Below are positions 25,958 to 37,320 of a stretch of 64,000 nt of DNA, piece by piece. The stretch is from Rhizophagus irregularis (Eukaryota): positions 4,650,001-4,714,000 of the forward strand of contig NC_089435.1 in NCBI RefSeq assembly GCF_026210795.1. Reading direction: 5' to 3'. Made by a program: the position numbers and the translations under genes. The first letter of the stretch is position 1. Each line of letters opens with the position of its first letter. Below the pieces are notes generated by a model, which did not search any database, had not been told where the DNA came from, and was given only the letters and a program-made list of their open reading frames with translations.

Positions 25958-28378
25958 ATGGAATGGTATTATCAATGGGAAAGTGAATATAGGACACATA
26001 AAGAAGAACATGAGTTAAGAACAGGAGAATTAGATGAATGTTTAAATTGTGAATTATGTCATCCAATAGTAGATGAACCAATAGTATTCAAGAAATTTTG
26101 GGACGCATTATTTAAGTTCGAAGATACAATAATAATATATAATAATGTAACGATCAAGGGAGTAATAGATTTATTAAGTATGAATAATTAGGAAAGAGAA
26201 GATACAATACATAAAGGAAAATGTAGGGACATAATGGATAGAATAACAGAATCAATAAGATATAGAATACAACCAAAAATGAAAGAAAAAGGATTACGAA
26301 CAATTATATTAGTAATTGTAAGAGATTGTATTGAAGGAGATTTAGAGAATGAAGTATTTGATAGATTAATTGGAAATCCTGAATTAATAGAACACAAATA
26401 TATTTTGGAAGATTGGGATGTTGAAAGAAGGTTTAAAAAATTTTGGCAATGGTACAAGATCACATCGAAAGAAGTTAAACCATTACGAGTAAAGATGGGA
26501 GCAATAAAGACATTCAGGGAATTACTTTATGAAGAAGAAGGAATAGCTACGAATGAGGAGAAAGTAAAAGAATTAATGTCCAATATGGAATATGGGAATA
26601 TAGACATAGAAAATGTTCACGAATATCACAGGAATATGGTACAAAAGATAATAAGAATATTTATAGATACTAGGGGCTTTACAAAAGAACCAGAAGATTC
26701 AGAAAGTGAAGATAGCTTAGAAAGTTATGAAATGAAAAAGAATTTTAATGGGAGTTTATATCTTAGATTTGAAAGATTCAGGTACTGGTGGAATGACAAA
26801 TATGAAGGTAAACGAATACATACATATCATGAAAATGATTCATTAGGATGGTTCGAGAAGATGTTATCTGAAGGAGAGAATTTGCAAAAAGATACTGTAA
26901 AGAAACTGACAGATAGTATGACATTTAAGGATAGCGAAGATATGTATGAAAAAGATCCTATTATAACAAGAATAGATGATGGAGTAATAGAATGGATTGT
27001 AACGGATTTAAAAGTAGTGATGGAAAGAACACAAAAATTTAAGTTAGTGGAGATAGAGCAAGGGGAAGATAATGAAATATATGATTCTGAAGAAGAAATA
27101 GAAATAATAGTAAAAGACAAAACGTGGGAGTTAAATGAAATAAGAATAGGATTAAGACAACTGATAGTGGATCCGAAAGAAAAACTCATCAGGGAAATGA
27201 TGAAATTTGGAATAAAAGAAAAGATAGAAACGGGAGTACTGTTAACATATGATTTTATAAGATATTATATTTTTCAGGAAAGGAGATTCGATAAGATTGA
27301 GGACATAAAGGAATGGATAGATTTGAGTACAAAAATATGTGGTAGATGCAATAAACAGAAATTAGATTATGTGATATCAGAAGAAGATGGCAGATGTGAA
27401 GAATGTAACCAGGAAATACAGGAAGATGAACAAGATGAATTAACAGAATTAAAAAACAACTTAGAAAAGTTAGGATACAAAATAGATGTATCGGAAATTC
27501 AAAGAATAAAGAATTTTGGAGTTAATAATCGAATAATAGTAACAGAAGAATTCATAGAAAGGTATATAAGAATGATAGAATTAGAAGATAGAGAGTTAAG
27601 AAAAGAGGTGCACAAATGGTTAAATGAGAACACAACTTGGTGCGAAAGATGTGAAATAAGATGGATGAATGATATGTTTAGATTAGGAGGAACTGTATGC
27701 AAAGATTGTGAAGAAGAAGATATTGATGAAATTGATGATCGGGTAAAAAGATTACAGAAGATTTTTGAAGATATTGGAGTAATGATGATTGAAGAGGAAT
27801 TGTTAAGATTAACTAGTATGGGATATACAGATGGAGAAATTTTAGATAAAGAATTTATCGAAATCTTTCAAGAAAATAAAAATGAGTCAGAAAAAGAACT
27901 AAAGAAAAAGTTAGATAAGTTGTTGAAAGAACAAGCAGGAGTAATAGAAAGTGAAGAAAGTGGTGAAAAGAGTGATAATGAAGAATCAGAAGAAGATAAT
28001 ACGGATAATTCAGAAAAGATTGGAGAAATATTAAGTCCAGAAGAATATGAAATATGGGATGGAAGTGATGAAGATTTTGAAGAAGAAGAGTCTGAAAATG
28101 AAATCGAAAATGTTATAAATACAGGAGGTTTTGGTCTGAATCAAAATTCAGATTCGAATAGTTCATTAAATTTTAAAAATTCTGACACAGAAAGTGAAAT
28201 ATCTGATTACAATTTACAAGAATTATTTCAAGAGAATATAGTAAATATGGCAAATGAAGCACAAATAAGAAGAATAATGGAGAATGCTATGGAATTGGCA
28301 CCAAATGCATTAGATAATGCGTTAGGAGCAGGACAGACTTTGGCGGATAGGATTCAGACTGCAGGAATGGGGGAATAG
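25958..28378 (+). CDS. Acidic CxxC-containing N-terminal extension (ORF0) running into the start of Gag; one in-frame stop
   Basis: ORFs 25958-26191 and 26234-28378 share a frame, split by TAG at 26189. Motifs CLNCELC, CGRC..CEEC and CERC..CKDC. Ends at a G-run frameshift just before the Gag core. Confidence 0.75.
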
Positions 28379-28383
28379 TAGGT

Positions 28384-29871
28384 ATGCCAACTTTTAGTGG
28401 AAAAGAGGATGAAGATATTAATGATTGGATTAGACAATTTGAGATAGCATTTACAGTAAGTGGACGACCAGAAGGAAATGTTGGAGGAGGTGTATGTAGA
28501 CAAAATAAGGCAAACATAGCTATAACTTGTTTAAGAGGAATTGCATTACAATGGTATAATGAGGAAAAAGAAAGGGTAGCAGCTAATTTAGTGAATTGGT
28601 GTGATCATAATGAGGACAGGAATTTAAAAGGAAGATTAATCGACAGATTTACTAGGAATGATGTTCAAAGAAGAAAGATGTCAGAATTAACAAGAATTAA
28701 ACAGGGAACAAATGAAAGTGTCGAAGAATATACTAGAAGATTTAGGTCAATATTAAGAGTTGCAACTAGAGGTCATGCGTTAGAGGATTTATATCAAGTG
28801 AATTATTTTATTCAAGGGTTAGACGCCATGATAGGTTATCATGTTAGGAAAAGTAATCCGACGAATCTGAATGATGCAGTTAACGAAGCAAAAAGTGAAG
28901 AGAAAGCGAGAGATGAGTTGATGATGAAAACAACAGGGTTGGATATGAAACGAGTAGGACAGGAGAAAAACATGGAAGAAATTTTGAAAGAAGAGACAAA
29001 TAAGTATAAAGGAATGAATCCAATTGCGAAAGAGTTACAAAATAAAGAAGTTAAAAGTGATGAATGGGATGAGTTAATTAATGGAATGAAAAGGTTGGAA
29101 GCACATGTAATGCAGAGAAATGAAGCATATGTAATCCAAAGGAATGGGAATGATAGGAGACCGATCGGAAATAATAATGTCCAAAGAAATAATATGAACT
29201 GGGATAGAATGACTTGTTATACATGTGGAAGAAAAGGACATACTTCTAGAGTTTGTAGGGAAGGTCAAAGAAGATCATATGGAGGAAATAATAAAGGGTC
29301 ATATAGCCAAAATAATCAAGTTAATTACTTTGATGAAGAATATTATGGTGGAGGATATAATGTGTATAATATGGAATATAATGATGAATATGATGGATAT
29401 AATGAGGGTGATGGATATGATAACTATAATAATAATGGATTTGATGGATACGAAGTGAATAACTATGAAGATGAGGAAAGATACGATATGTTTCCAGTAC
29501 CACCTAGAAAGAGTGAAAGAAATAAAGACAAGGTTATGAACGATGAAAGAGATAGAAGAAGAAATGCACAATGGCAAGGACAACAACAAAAAGCACAGGG
29601 GAATAATAAGAGAGGTTTTACGAAAGAACAATTACAGAAAGGATATGAAACTAGAAAGAATAATAATAGGTGTCACAATTGTGGACAACAAGGACATTTT
29701 GCTAGAGAATGTACAAACGAGAAAGTGAAGTTAAATCGAGATATACCAAACGTTGGAGATTTTGATCCATTCGAACAATTTGTAAATTCAAGTGTACCAA
29801 TTAATTGGGGACAAATGATGAATGAAAGACCAGAAGTAAGGAAGAAATTATTAAATGGTTTGAGATATTGA
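28384..29871 (+). CDS. gag: Gag (capsid-like domain plus two CCHC zinc knuckles)
   Basis: PTFSG..EDINDWI, IKQG.NESVEEY..RF, CYTCGRKGHTSRVC and CHNCGQQGHFAREC. Confidence 0.93.
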   Translation: MPTFSGKEDEDINDWIRQFEIAFTVSGRPEGNVGGGVCRQNKANIAITCLRGIALQWYNEEKERVAANLVNWCDHNEDRNLKGRLIDRFTRNDVQRRKMSELTRIKQGTNESVEEYTRRFRSILRVATRGHALEDLYQVNYFIQGLDAMIGYHVRKSNPTNLNDAVNEAKSEEKARDELMMKTTGLDMKRVGQEKNMEEILKEETNKYKGMNPIAKELQNKEVKSDEWDELINGMKRLEAHVMQRNEAYVIQRNGNDRRPIGNNNVQRNNMNWDRMTCYTCGRKGHTSRVCREGQRRSYGGNNKGSYSQNNQVNYFDEEYYGGGYNVYNMEYNDEYDGYNEGDGYDNYNNNGFDGYEVNNYEDEERYDMFPVPPRKSERNKDKVMNDERDRRRNAQWQGQQQKAQGNNKRGFTKEQLQKGYETRKNNNRCHNCGQQGHFARECTNEKVKLNRDIPNVGDFDPFEQFVNSSVPINWGQMMNERPEVRKKLLNGLRY

Positions 29872-29900
29872 CTACACTCGGGGGAATTGAAGAATATTAA

Positions 29901-30476
29901 TCAGAAAGAAGAAAATCACAAGCAACAAGATGTAATATAATAATTGAAGGAAAAATGATTAGAGCATCAGTTGATACAGGAGCAGGACCTTCAGTAATAA
30001 CGAATGAACTGAGAAAAGAATTAAATATACCAATAACGAGGAAAAGTAATGTCGTATTAACAATAGCAGATGGAAATAACATAGCTTCATTAGGAAGAGT
30101 GGAAATTAGAATAGAAATTGATGAAAATTTAGAAATACCTTTAGAGTTCGAAGTAATTGACTCGAGAAGAAAAGATTTGATATTAGGAACTGATTTATTA
30201 AGATATGGGATAATAAATATGAAAGAAGGTCTGTTAACAATAGAATGGGATAATGGAATATATGAAATACCAATTGATTTTAGAGGAAAGAAAAATGTTG
30301 AATTTGAGGAGTCAGAGAATAGGGGTGAATTTAATGAAGATCCAAAGAATATAGATGATATAGATGGCAATTCTAGTGAAGAGTCAGAGGGTGAAGATGA
30401 ATATGAGGAGATGGAAAAAGAAGAGTTGTTGTCGATTGTAAAAACTGATAGAGAAAAGAGAGATGAGGAAAAATGA
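29901..30476 (+). CDS. Retroviral-type aspartic protease
   Basis: Active site ASVDTGA, flap IADG, and LILGTD. Confidence 0.92.
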   Translation, partial: SERRKSQATRCNIIIEGKMIRASVDTGAGPSVITNELRKELNIPITRKSNVVLTIADGNNIASLGRVEIRIEIDENLEIPLEFEVIDSRRKDLILGTDLLRYGIINMKEGLLTIEWDNGIYEIPIDFRGKKNVEFEESENRGEFNEDPKNIDDIDGNSSEESEGEDEYEEMEKEELLSIVKTDREKRDEEK

Positions 30477-32806
30477 ATGGTCTTGGCTTTCTGAATGAAG
30501 GAGAGACGGTAAAGATGCTAAATGAGAGCAAAGAAGAAAAATTTGAAAAGAAAACACATCTGGGAGAAATGAGCGATGAGGAGAGAATAGCATTTAAAAA
30601 ATTGATAAGGGAATATGAAGATATATTTGAATATGACGAAGAGAAACTGGGAAGGATAAATACAGTTAAACATGAGATAATAATTGAAGAAAATCAAGGA
30701 CCAATAGCACAAAAGAGATATAAAGAAACTGATGAAAAAGGAAAGTTTATAAAGAAAGAAATTGAACAATTGTTAAAGATGGGGAAGATAAGAGAATCAT
30801 GGAGTAATTGGGCATCTCCAGTAACATTAGCAGGAAAGAAAACTGGAAATTATAGATTTTGTATAGATTATAGAAAGCTAAATAATGTGACAAAGTCAGA
30901 TGAATATCCTTTACCCCGGATAGACGAATTGTTAGAAAAATTTAGAAAGGGAAGTTGGTTCACAAGTTTGGACTTAGTAGCGGGATATCATCAAGTGGAA
31001 ATGGCAGAAGAAGATAAAGAGAAAACAGCATTCATTTGTTCACAAGGATTATATGAATACAATGTTATGCCATTTGGATTGAAGAATGCACCAGGAACAT
31101 TTCAGAGATTAATGGATAAAATATTAAAGGAATATATAGGAGAATTTGTTACAGTGTATTTAGATGATATAATGATTTATTCAGAAGATTTTGAGGGACA
31201 TATAGAACATGTAGATAAAGTACTGAGTAAATTGAGAGAGAATAATATGATTGTAAAGTTGAAGAAATGTCAGTTTGGATTGAGAAATATAAATTTCTTA
31301 GGGCATATAGTAGGAAGAGATGGATTGCGACCGGATAAAGAGAAAGTTGAGAAGATAGAAAATATGAGGAGGCCGAAAACTGTTACAGAAGTAAGATCAT
31401 TTTTAGGATTATATTCATATTATAGGAGATTTATAAAAGGTTTTTCGAAAATAGCAAAACCTTTGCTTAACTTAACGAGAAAGAATGAAAAGTTTGAATG
31501 GAAAGAAGAACAACAAAAAGCATTTGACGTATTGAGGACAAAATTGACAGAAAATCCAATTTTAGTATATCCGGACTTCAGTAGAGAATTTATATTAATA
31601 ACTGATGGATCTAAGATAGGATTAGGAGCAGTGTTAGCTCAAATGAATGAAGAAAATAAAGAGGTTGTAATAGCTTACGCAAGTAGGAGTACAGTTGGGG
31701 CAGAAAAGAATTATCCACCAACAGAATTGGAATGCTTAGCAGTATTTTGGGGAATACAACATTTTCAGAAATATTTGGTAGGAAGGAAATTTATAGTGAT
31801 AACAGATCACGCAGCATTAAAAGGATTAACAGATGGAAAGGAACAAACGGGAAGGAGAGCAAGATGGGTAATGAAATTACAACAATTTGACTTTAAAATA
31901 GTACATAGAAGTGGAAAGAAAATTAAAAATGCAGATGGATTATCAAGACTGAGATTTAAAGAAAAAGAAACAGAAAGGAACGAGAATCAAGAAATAACAA
32001 AAATAGAAAGTAATAAGGGGAAATTGAGATATATCAAATTTAGGAATAAATGGTATAATGCTAAAAGATTTAAAGGAAGATGGGATGATGAAAAATATTT
32101 TACCGATAAAGAAGCAATACTTTTGAATTTGGAGGAAAAGACAGAAAAAGAATTATTAGAGAAATTGGGAAGAGAAAATAAGCCACAAGTTATTATAATC
32201 GACGGAGTGGATGGATTAGGAAAAACAAGTATAGTACAAAATTTAATTAAAGAGTGGGAAAAACAAGGATTAAAAGTAAGATTTAATACATTCAAAAGGA
32301 GAAGAAAAGACAAAGGTGAATTTTATGAATCAAAGTTAGAAACAGAATGGAAATTTAGAAAGGAAGTAGTAGAACAAATAAACAGAAGAATGTTAGAATA
32401 TGATGGAGATACAGATATAATAATTCTAGACAAATCGCCATATTGCGAATATTATTATCAGAAGACGAAAAGTTTCAACAGAGGATTAATTATTCCACAT
32501 GGGAACTATGAGATGGAAAAAGAAATATTCAGATTAAAAGAAACAATAGATGAATCAATAGTGATATTTTTGGAAAAAGATGGCAATGTATGTTGAAAAA
32601 ATTATATTGGAAGAGAAACGAAGAAAATGGAGAAATCGTCATACCCAACATTAAAGAAAAACGAATATTTGGACATGGTTAAAATGTTTAAGGAAAACCA
32701 GGATGTATACAAAGATACCAAAAGATACAGTCAAATTGAAGTTAGGAACGACGATAGTAGTTGGAGAAAAGTATATAAGGAGTTAGAAAAACACCAAAGA
32801 GCTTAG
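30473..32806 (+). CDS. pol: Reverse transcriptase-RNase H fused to a P-loop nucleoside/nucleotide kinase-like domain; premature TGA at 32594
   Basis: RT: RFCIDYRKLN, MPFGLKNAP, YLDD. RNaseH: TDGS..GLGAVL, ELE, TDH, NADGLSR. Then IIIDGVDGLGKTS and LDKSPYCE. The frame stays open from 32597 to 32806. Confidence 0.93.
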
Positions 32807-32821
32807 AATTATATTTTCAAA

Positions 32822-33163
32822 ATGGTATTAGTAAATCGTTATGAGAATTGGTTTCTTACATATCGAGTAAAGGTCGACAAGATATGGAAAGTAACTATAA
32901 AAGAAGAAGGGAACAAAACAATTATCCGTTTAAGGATTGAAGAGGGAGAAAACTTCATACTAGTAGATGTACACATTATAATAAGACTAAAAGAGAAAAA
33001 GGTGAAATTAATTATGGAAGATAAAGACAATATGATAATAGAAGAAAGATTAATGGAAAAAGGATTAGGATGGGTACGATCTAAATTGATTATAGGAAAT
33101 GAAAAATATATAAGAAGGATAGAAATACCAAGGATCAAAAATAAATCGAGAGATAAAAATTAA
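32822..33163 (+). CDS. Hypothetical 113-aa protein between pol and the integrase
   Basis: ATG-started ORF 15 nt after the kinase stop, with the same purine-rich bias as pol. Confidence 0.55.
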   Translation: MVLVNRYENWFLTYRVKVDKIWKVTIKEEGNKTIIRLRIEEGENFILVDVHIIIRLKEKKVKLIMEDKDNMIIEERLMEKGLGWVRSKLIIGNEKYIRRIEIPRIKNKSRDKN

Positions 33164-33289
33164 AAAATATATATGGAACAGTTATCACGACGCTTTATTT
33201 TTACAATACCTTAATTTTTACAACACTTCAACCCTTTACAACATTTCAACCTTTTACAACACTTTAGCTTTTAGAATTACAACATAGAC

Positions 33290-34477
33290 ATGGAAGAGGA
33301 AGAATATAATAAGATAGCGAGAAATATCAACAATGAACGGGAATATGAAATTATAGGAGGATTAATTTACAAAATAAAAGATGGGAAAAGACTAAGAGTG
33401 ATAAGAAAATACGAATTTGAAGGATTAATGTACATAGCTCACGATCATGAATTATCAGGACATTTTGGAATAGATGCAACGTATAATAGGATCAAAGATA
33501 AATATTATTGGAAAGGAATGAGAAAAGATGTGGAAGCTTATGTCAAATCATGTAATAATTGTCAGAGAAGAGGGAAACCAATAGGAAAACATGAACTGAA
33601 TGTAATCAAAGTTATAGAACCATTTTATCAAATTGGGATTGATGTAGTGGGACCATTACCAGTAACAAAGAGAAATAATAGATATATAGTTACAGCGATG
33701 GATTATTTTACAAAATGGCCTGAAGCAAAGGCATTGGAAACAGCAGATGCTAAGGAAATTGCAAGATTTATTTATGAAGATATAATATGTAGGCATGGAT
33801 GTCCAAAGAAGATATTGAGTGATAGAGGAAGTCATTTCAATAATAAATTAGTGAAATCATTAATGGAGGAATTTCAGATAAAACATAACTTTTCGACGCC
33901 TTATCATCCAAAAACTAATGGGTTAATAGAAAGATTTAATAAGACATTATGTGAATCATTAGCAAAGCTAAGTAATATCGAAGATTGGGATTTGAAAGTA
34001 CCAGGAGTATTGTTCGCGTATCGAACTAAAAGGAATGATTCAACGAAAATGGAACCAGGATATTTAATATATGGGAGACAAATGAAGACATTATTAGATT
34101 TAGAAGATAAGGAAATTACCATGGCAGAGAGAGTTAATGAGTTGATCGAAGGATTACCAAACATTAGGAATCAAGCTAAAGAAAATGTCAGGAAATCTCA
34201 GGAAAAACAAAAATCGTACCATGATAAAAAGAATAGAATAAAGCAGAAATTACAAATCAAAGATAAAGTACTATATTATGACGTAGCAAAAGAGAAACAA
34301 TGGTCTGAAAAGTTAGAAGAAAAATGGAAAGGACCTTATTATGTACATGAGATAATTTCTAAAGGATCATACAGAATTAAAACTATGGAAGGGAAGATAT
34401 TGAAAACACCAGTAAATGGTGAATTACTGAAAGAATATATTGATAGGACAAATTTTGAAGTAATAGTTCGAATTTGA
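33290..34477 (+). CDS. Integrase (HHCC, DDE, GPY/F) in a stand-alone ORF
   Basis: H..GHFG..CNNCQR, IGIDVVGP, SDRGSHF, YHPKTNGLIERFN and WKGPY. No chromodomain. Confidence 0.95.
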   Translation: MEEEEYNKIARNINNEREYEIIGGLIYKIKDGKRLRVIRKYEFEGLMYIAHDHELSGHFGIDATYNRIKDKYYWKGMRKDVEAYVKSCNNCQRRGKPIGKHELNVIKVIEPFYQIGIDVVGPLPVTKRNNRYIVTAMDYFTKWPEAKALETADAKEIARFIYEDIICRHGCPKKILSDRGSHFNNKLVKSLMEEFQIKHNFSTPYHPKTNGLIERFNKTLCESLAKLSNIEDWDLKVPGVLFAYRTKRNDSTKMEPGYLIYGRQMKTLLDLEDKEITMAERVNELIEGLPNIRNQAKENVRKSQEKQKSYHDKKNRIKQKLQIKDKVLYYDVAKEKQWSEKLEEKWKGPYYVHEIISKGSYRIKTMEGKILKTPVNGELLKEYIDRTNFEVIVRI

Positions 34478-34493
34478 TGGGACTCAAATTTTA

Positions 34494-34506
34494 GGTGGGG
34501 GGCAAA
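34494..34506 (+). promoter_or_regulatory. Polypurine tract
   Basis: AGGTGGGGGCAAA immediately before the 3' LTR. Confidence 0.65.
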
Positions 34507-34507
34507 C

Positions 34508-35890
34508 TGTAGCCATAGATACTGAAGTAATCGCATAATATGGAGGAATAATATGGAATAAAAGATCAAACGATAGAAAGTCACATGATTGGATAAAATT
34601 AACCGGAAAGGATAAACTTTTAGGAGAAGGAATGATCTACATGATGTAATGTTTATTAAATGATTAACGGAGAACCAATAGATCAAGTAGGGAGTTGATC
34701 GATGTGGTTTAGCAACCAGTTTATCAAGTTCAACAATAGGAACAATTAGGAGGAGTAATCATAAGCCACAAATGATAAATCATATAAAAAGGAAGGATAG
34801 CAAATTAAAGGAACAAAAAAATAGGAACATGTAAAATATTGATGAACTGCAGCCGCAGTAGAAGAATAGCTAACGAGACGCAGTAGAAAAGATAGCACAG
34901 CCACAAAAGATGGATCTTTACGATATAATATTTGAAAGATTATTTTATTTTAAAGAAAAGATAGCACAGCCACAAAAGATGGATCTTTACGATATAATAT
35001 TTGAAAGATTATTTTATTTTAAAGAAAAGATAGCACAGCCACAAAAGATGGATCTTTACGATATAATATTTGAAAGATTATCTTATTTTAAAGAAAAGAT
35101 AGCACAGCCACAAAAGATGGATCTTTACGATATAATATTTGAAAGATTATTTTATTTTAAAGAAAAGATAGCACAGCCACAAAAGATGGATTATATCTTT
35201 ACGACATAATATTTGAAAGATTATTTTGAAGAAAAGATAGCGTATTAAAATAGTATAACATATTAGAAAAGATAATATATAAATAGCATATAAGATAGCG
35301 CATAAAAGGGAACACATAACATAAAATATTAGAAAGAAATAAGAAGTAAGAAAAGAAAGAATAAGAAAGTTGGTTTAAATAGGAGCGGAATGGGAGGTGA
35401 ATTCCACAGTCGTCAGATACGATGTAAAACTTTAAGTAAATTAGTTAGTTGTGAATTTTATGAAGAATAAATAAAATACCTTTTATATGAAAATTAATTG
35501 TTTCGATTGTTTTTGTTACTATTTTCTTATGATGAAAAAGTAATTTTGTTCAATTAACTGTTAGTAAAGCGTAATGTTATTTTAAAGGTAATAGGTTCGC
35601 CCTAAACTTTATTGTAATGTTCGCTTAATTAATTTTAATTGGATAAATTCATGGTGAATTTAATGTCATAGCAAGAATTATGAAATGAATAAAATATAAA
35701 CTTTCGTAAAGAGAACTATCGTAAATTTGAAAGAAGAGAAAGGATGAAATATCGTGGCGAGAGCTATCGCAATTTGAAAGTTAAGTAGTAATAAAACTAA
35801 ACCAAGCAAGAATATTAATGTTTCGTGGAGAACGAATATACGTTAAAGCAGGGAAGCTTGTTTACCGCCGGGTGGCAGACGGGGGTGACA
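34508..35890 (+). repeat. 3' LTR (1383 bp)
   Basis: TGTAGCC...TGACA, with just over four copies of a 69-bp unit at ~34885-35240. Confidence 0.97.
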
Positions 35891-37320
35891 ACGTCATTAT
35901 AAATGGAAAATTTATCGTTCCTCTCTTCTTCCTGTCATGATATTTATCAGTTGGATATTTCTCACCTGTTTTCTTTGGTTTCGGCTTCACTTAAGAATTA
36001 TGGATAGTCTTCTTAAACTGACCTTTTTTTGTTCGATTAATAGGTTTATTAACCTATTTCCTTCTTGGCCTGGTTAGATTACTTTTTTTTTTTAATTTTG
36101 TTTGTTTGGGTCATTTGTTTGATTTGTAGTTGTGTAATTATTTAAGGCGTGTGGTATTTCTTAGTTTGCCATCCCCTTCTATATGATCTATAGTTTTATT
36201 TTATAATTCTCCCTTCTTTATTATTTTGCTTTATTTACAACTATTTTATTTTCTTTTTGCTTTTCTTCGTTAAGAATTTTCTGTAGGTAATATTTTTCTG
36301 GTTTTTCTAACCTTTTTGTAGCTTTTGCTTTTATTACCTTTTATTGGTTTTGTTAGTTTCAGTTTCTTTTTATAAGAAACTATTTAGTCACCTCACAGTG
36401 ATTTTATATTAATCTGGAGGATGTAGTGCCTTTATTAATGATTGTTTATAGTTTTTTTTAGAGCTTTAACCTTCGTTTTGTTTTGTACTATGAGATTATT
36501 CTTTATTTCTTTATTTGTTTTTTTTTTTGAATTTATATTTCTTTTTGATTTGTATATTTCTATAAAAATAAATAAAAAACGTCATAAAGACCATTTGCAT
36601 AACAGTAAAAGGATAAAATTAAAAACTAAAACAACTCTCTCCCGTTACTCTTATAACAATATTGTTACAAAAGAAATTTTGATATATCCATATATTGTTT
36701 ATACCTATAATTATTTCTTCTCTTTTTTTTCTCTTGCTCAGGCCGATGACCTCTTCCTACGACTTCTCAACCTTGAGTTGGGAAGAAGTTTTTTTTAAAC
36801 TTCACGAGGTTGAGGACCTCTGCGCTAAGTGTATTCTCAAACAAAAAACTTTATTAGCCCATTTCAACTCTCTTTCTGATAGCTCTTCCGCTAAATCATG
36901 TGTTTACTTGGCTTTTGGCCCTCTCCACCAACTAGACGACTCTCTTTTTGAACAAAAATGCCTTCTATACTTACGTTTAGACTTTCTTTCGTTTACTGCA
37001 AATTCAAAAAATGATATCACAATTCTCTCTGCTAACGATCATCCATCATATGATGATTCAGTAAATAATGATCCATCTCCTCTTCCATTAACTGTTTGGA
37101 CTTCTAACCATGAGGCTAATCCTAATGTTATCTTAGATTTATGCATCCCTTCTTTACAACGTACCAATCATTTTTCAGTTGCTATATTTGGCGCACTCCT
37201 AAATTTCTTTGTAAATACTGACGTCTTTTCTATGATTTCCCTGCATCTTTCAAATGTGCACAGAAATTTAAAAAGAATTTATTTTTTACACGTTTGGTCT
37301 TGTCCTCTTCTACAATACGT

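Larger units (their letters stand above)
22525..35890 (+). mobile_element. Full-length Ty3/Gypsy LTR retrotransposon (13.4 kb)
   Basis: TG..CA LTRs, 4-bp TSD ACGT (22521-22524, 35891-35894), PBS, PPT, and gag-PR-RT-RH-INT order. Confidence 0.98.

Noticed and set aside
32822..33163. env gene
   Set aside because: No signal peptide or transmembrane segment, too short, and it lies upstream of the integrase.
26188..34686. Numerous minus-strand ORFs inside the Gypsy element
   Set aside because: They are shadow frames of a purine-rich coding strand, low-complexity and Ser/Ile/Phe-rich, with no motifs.
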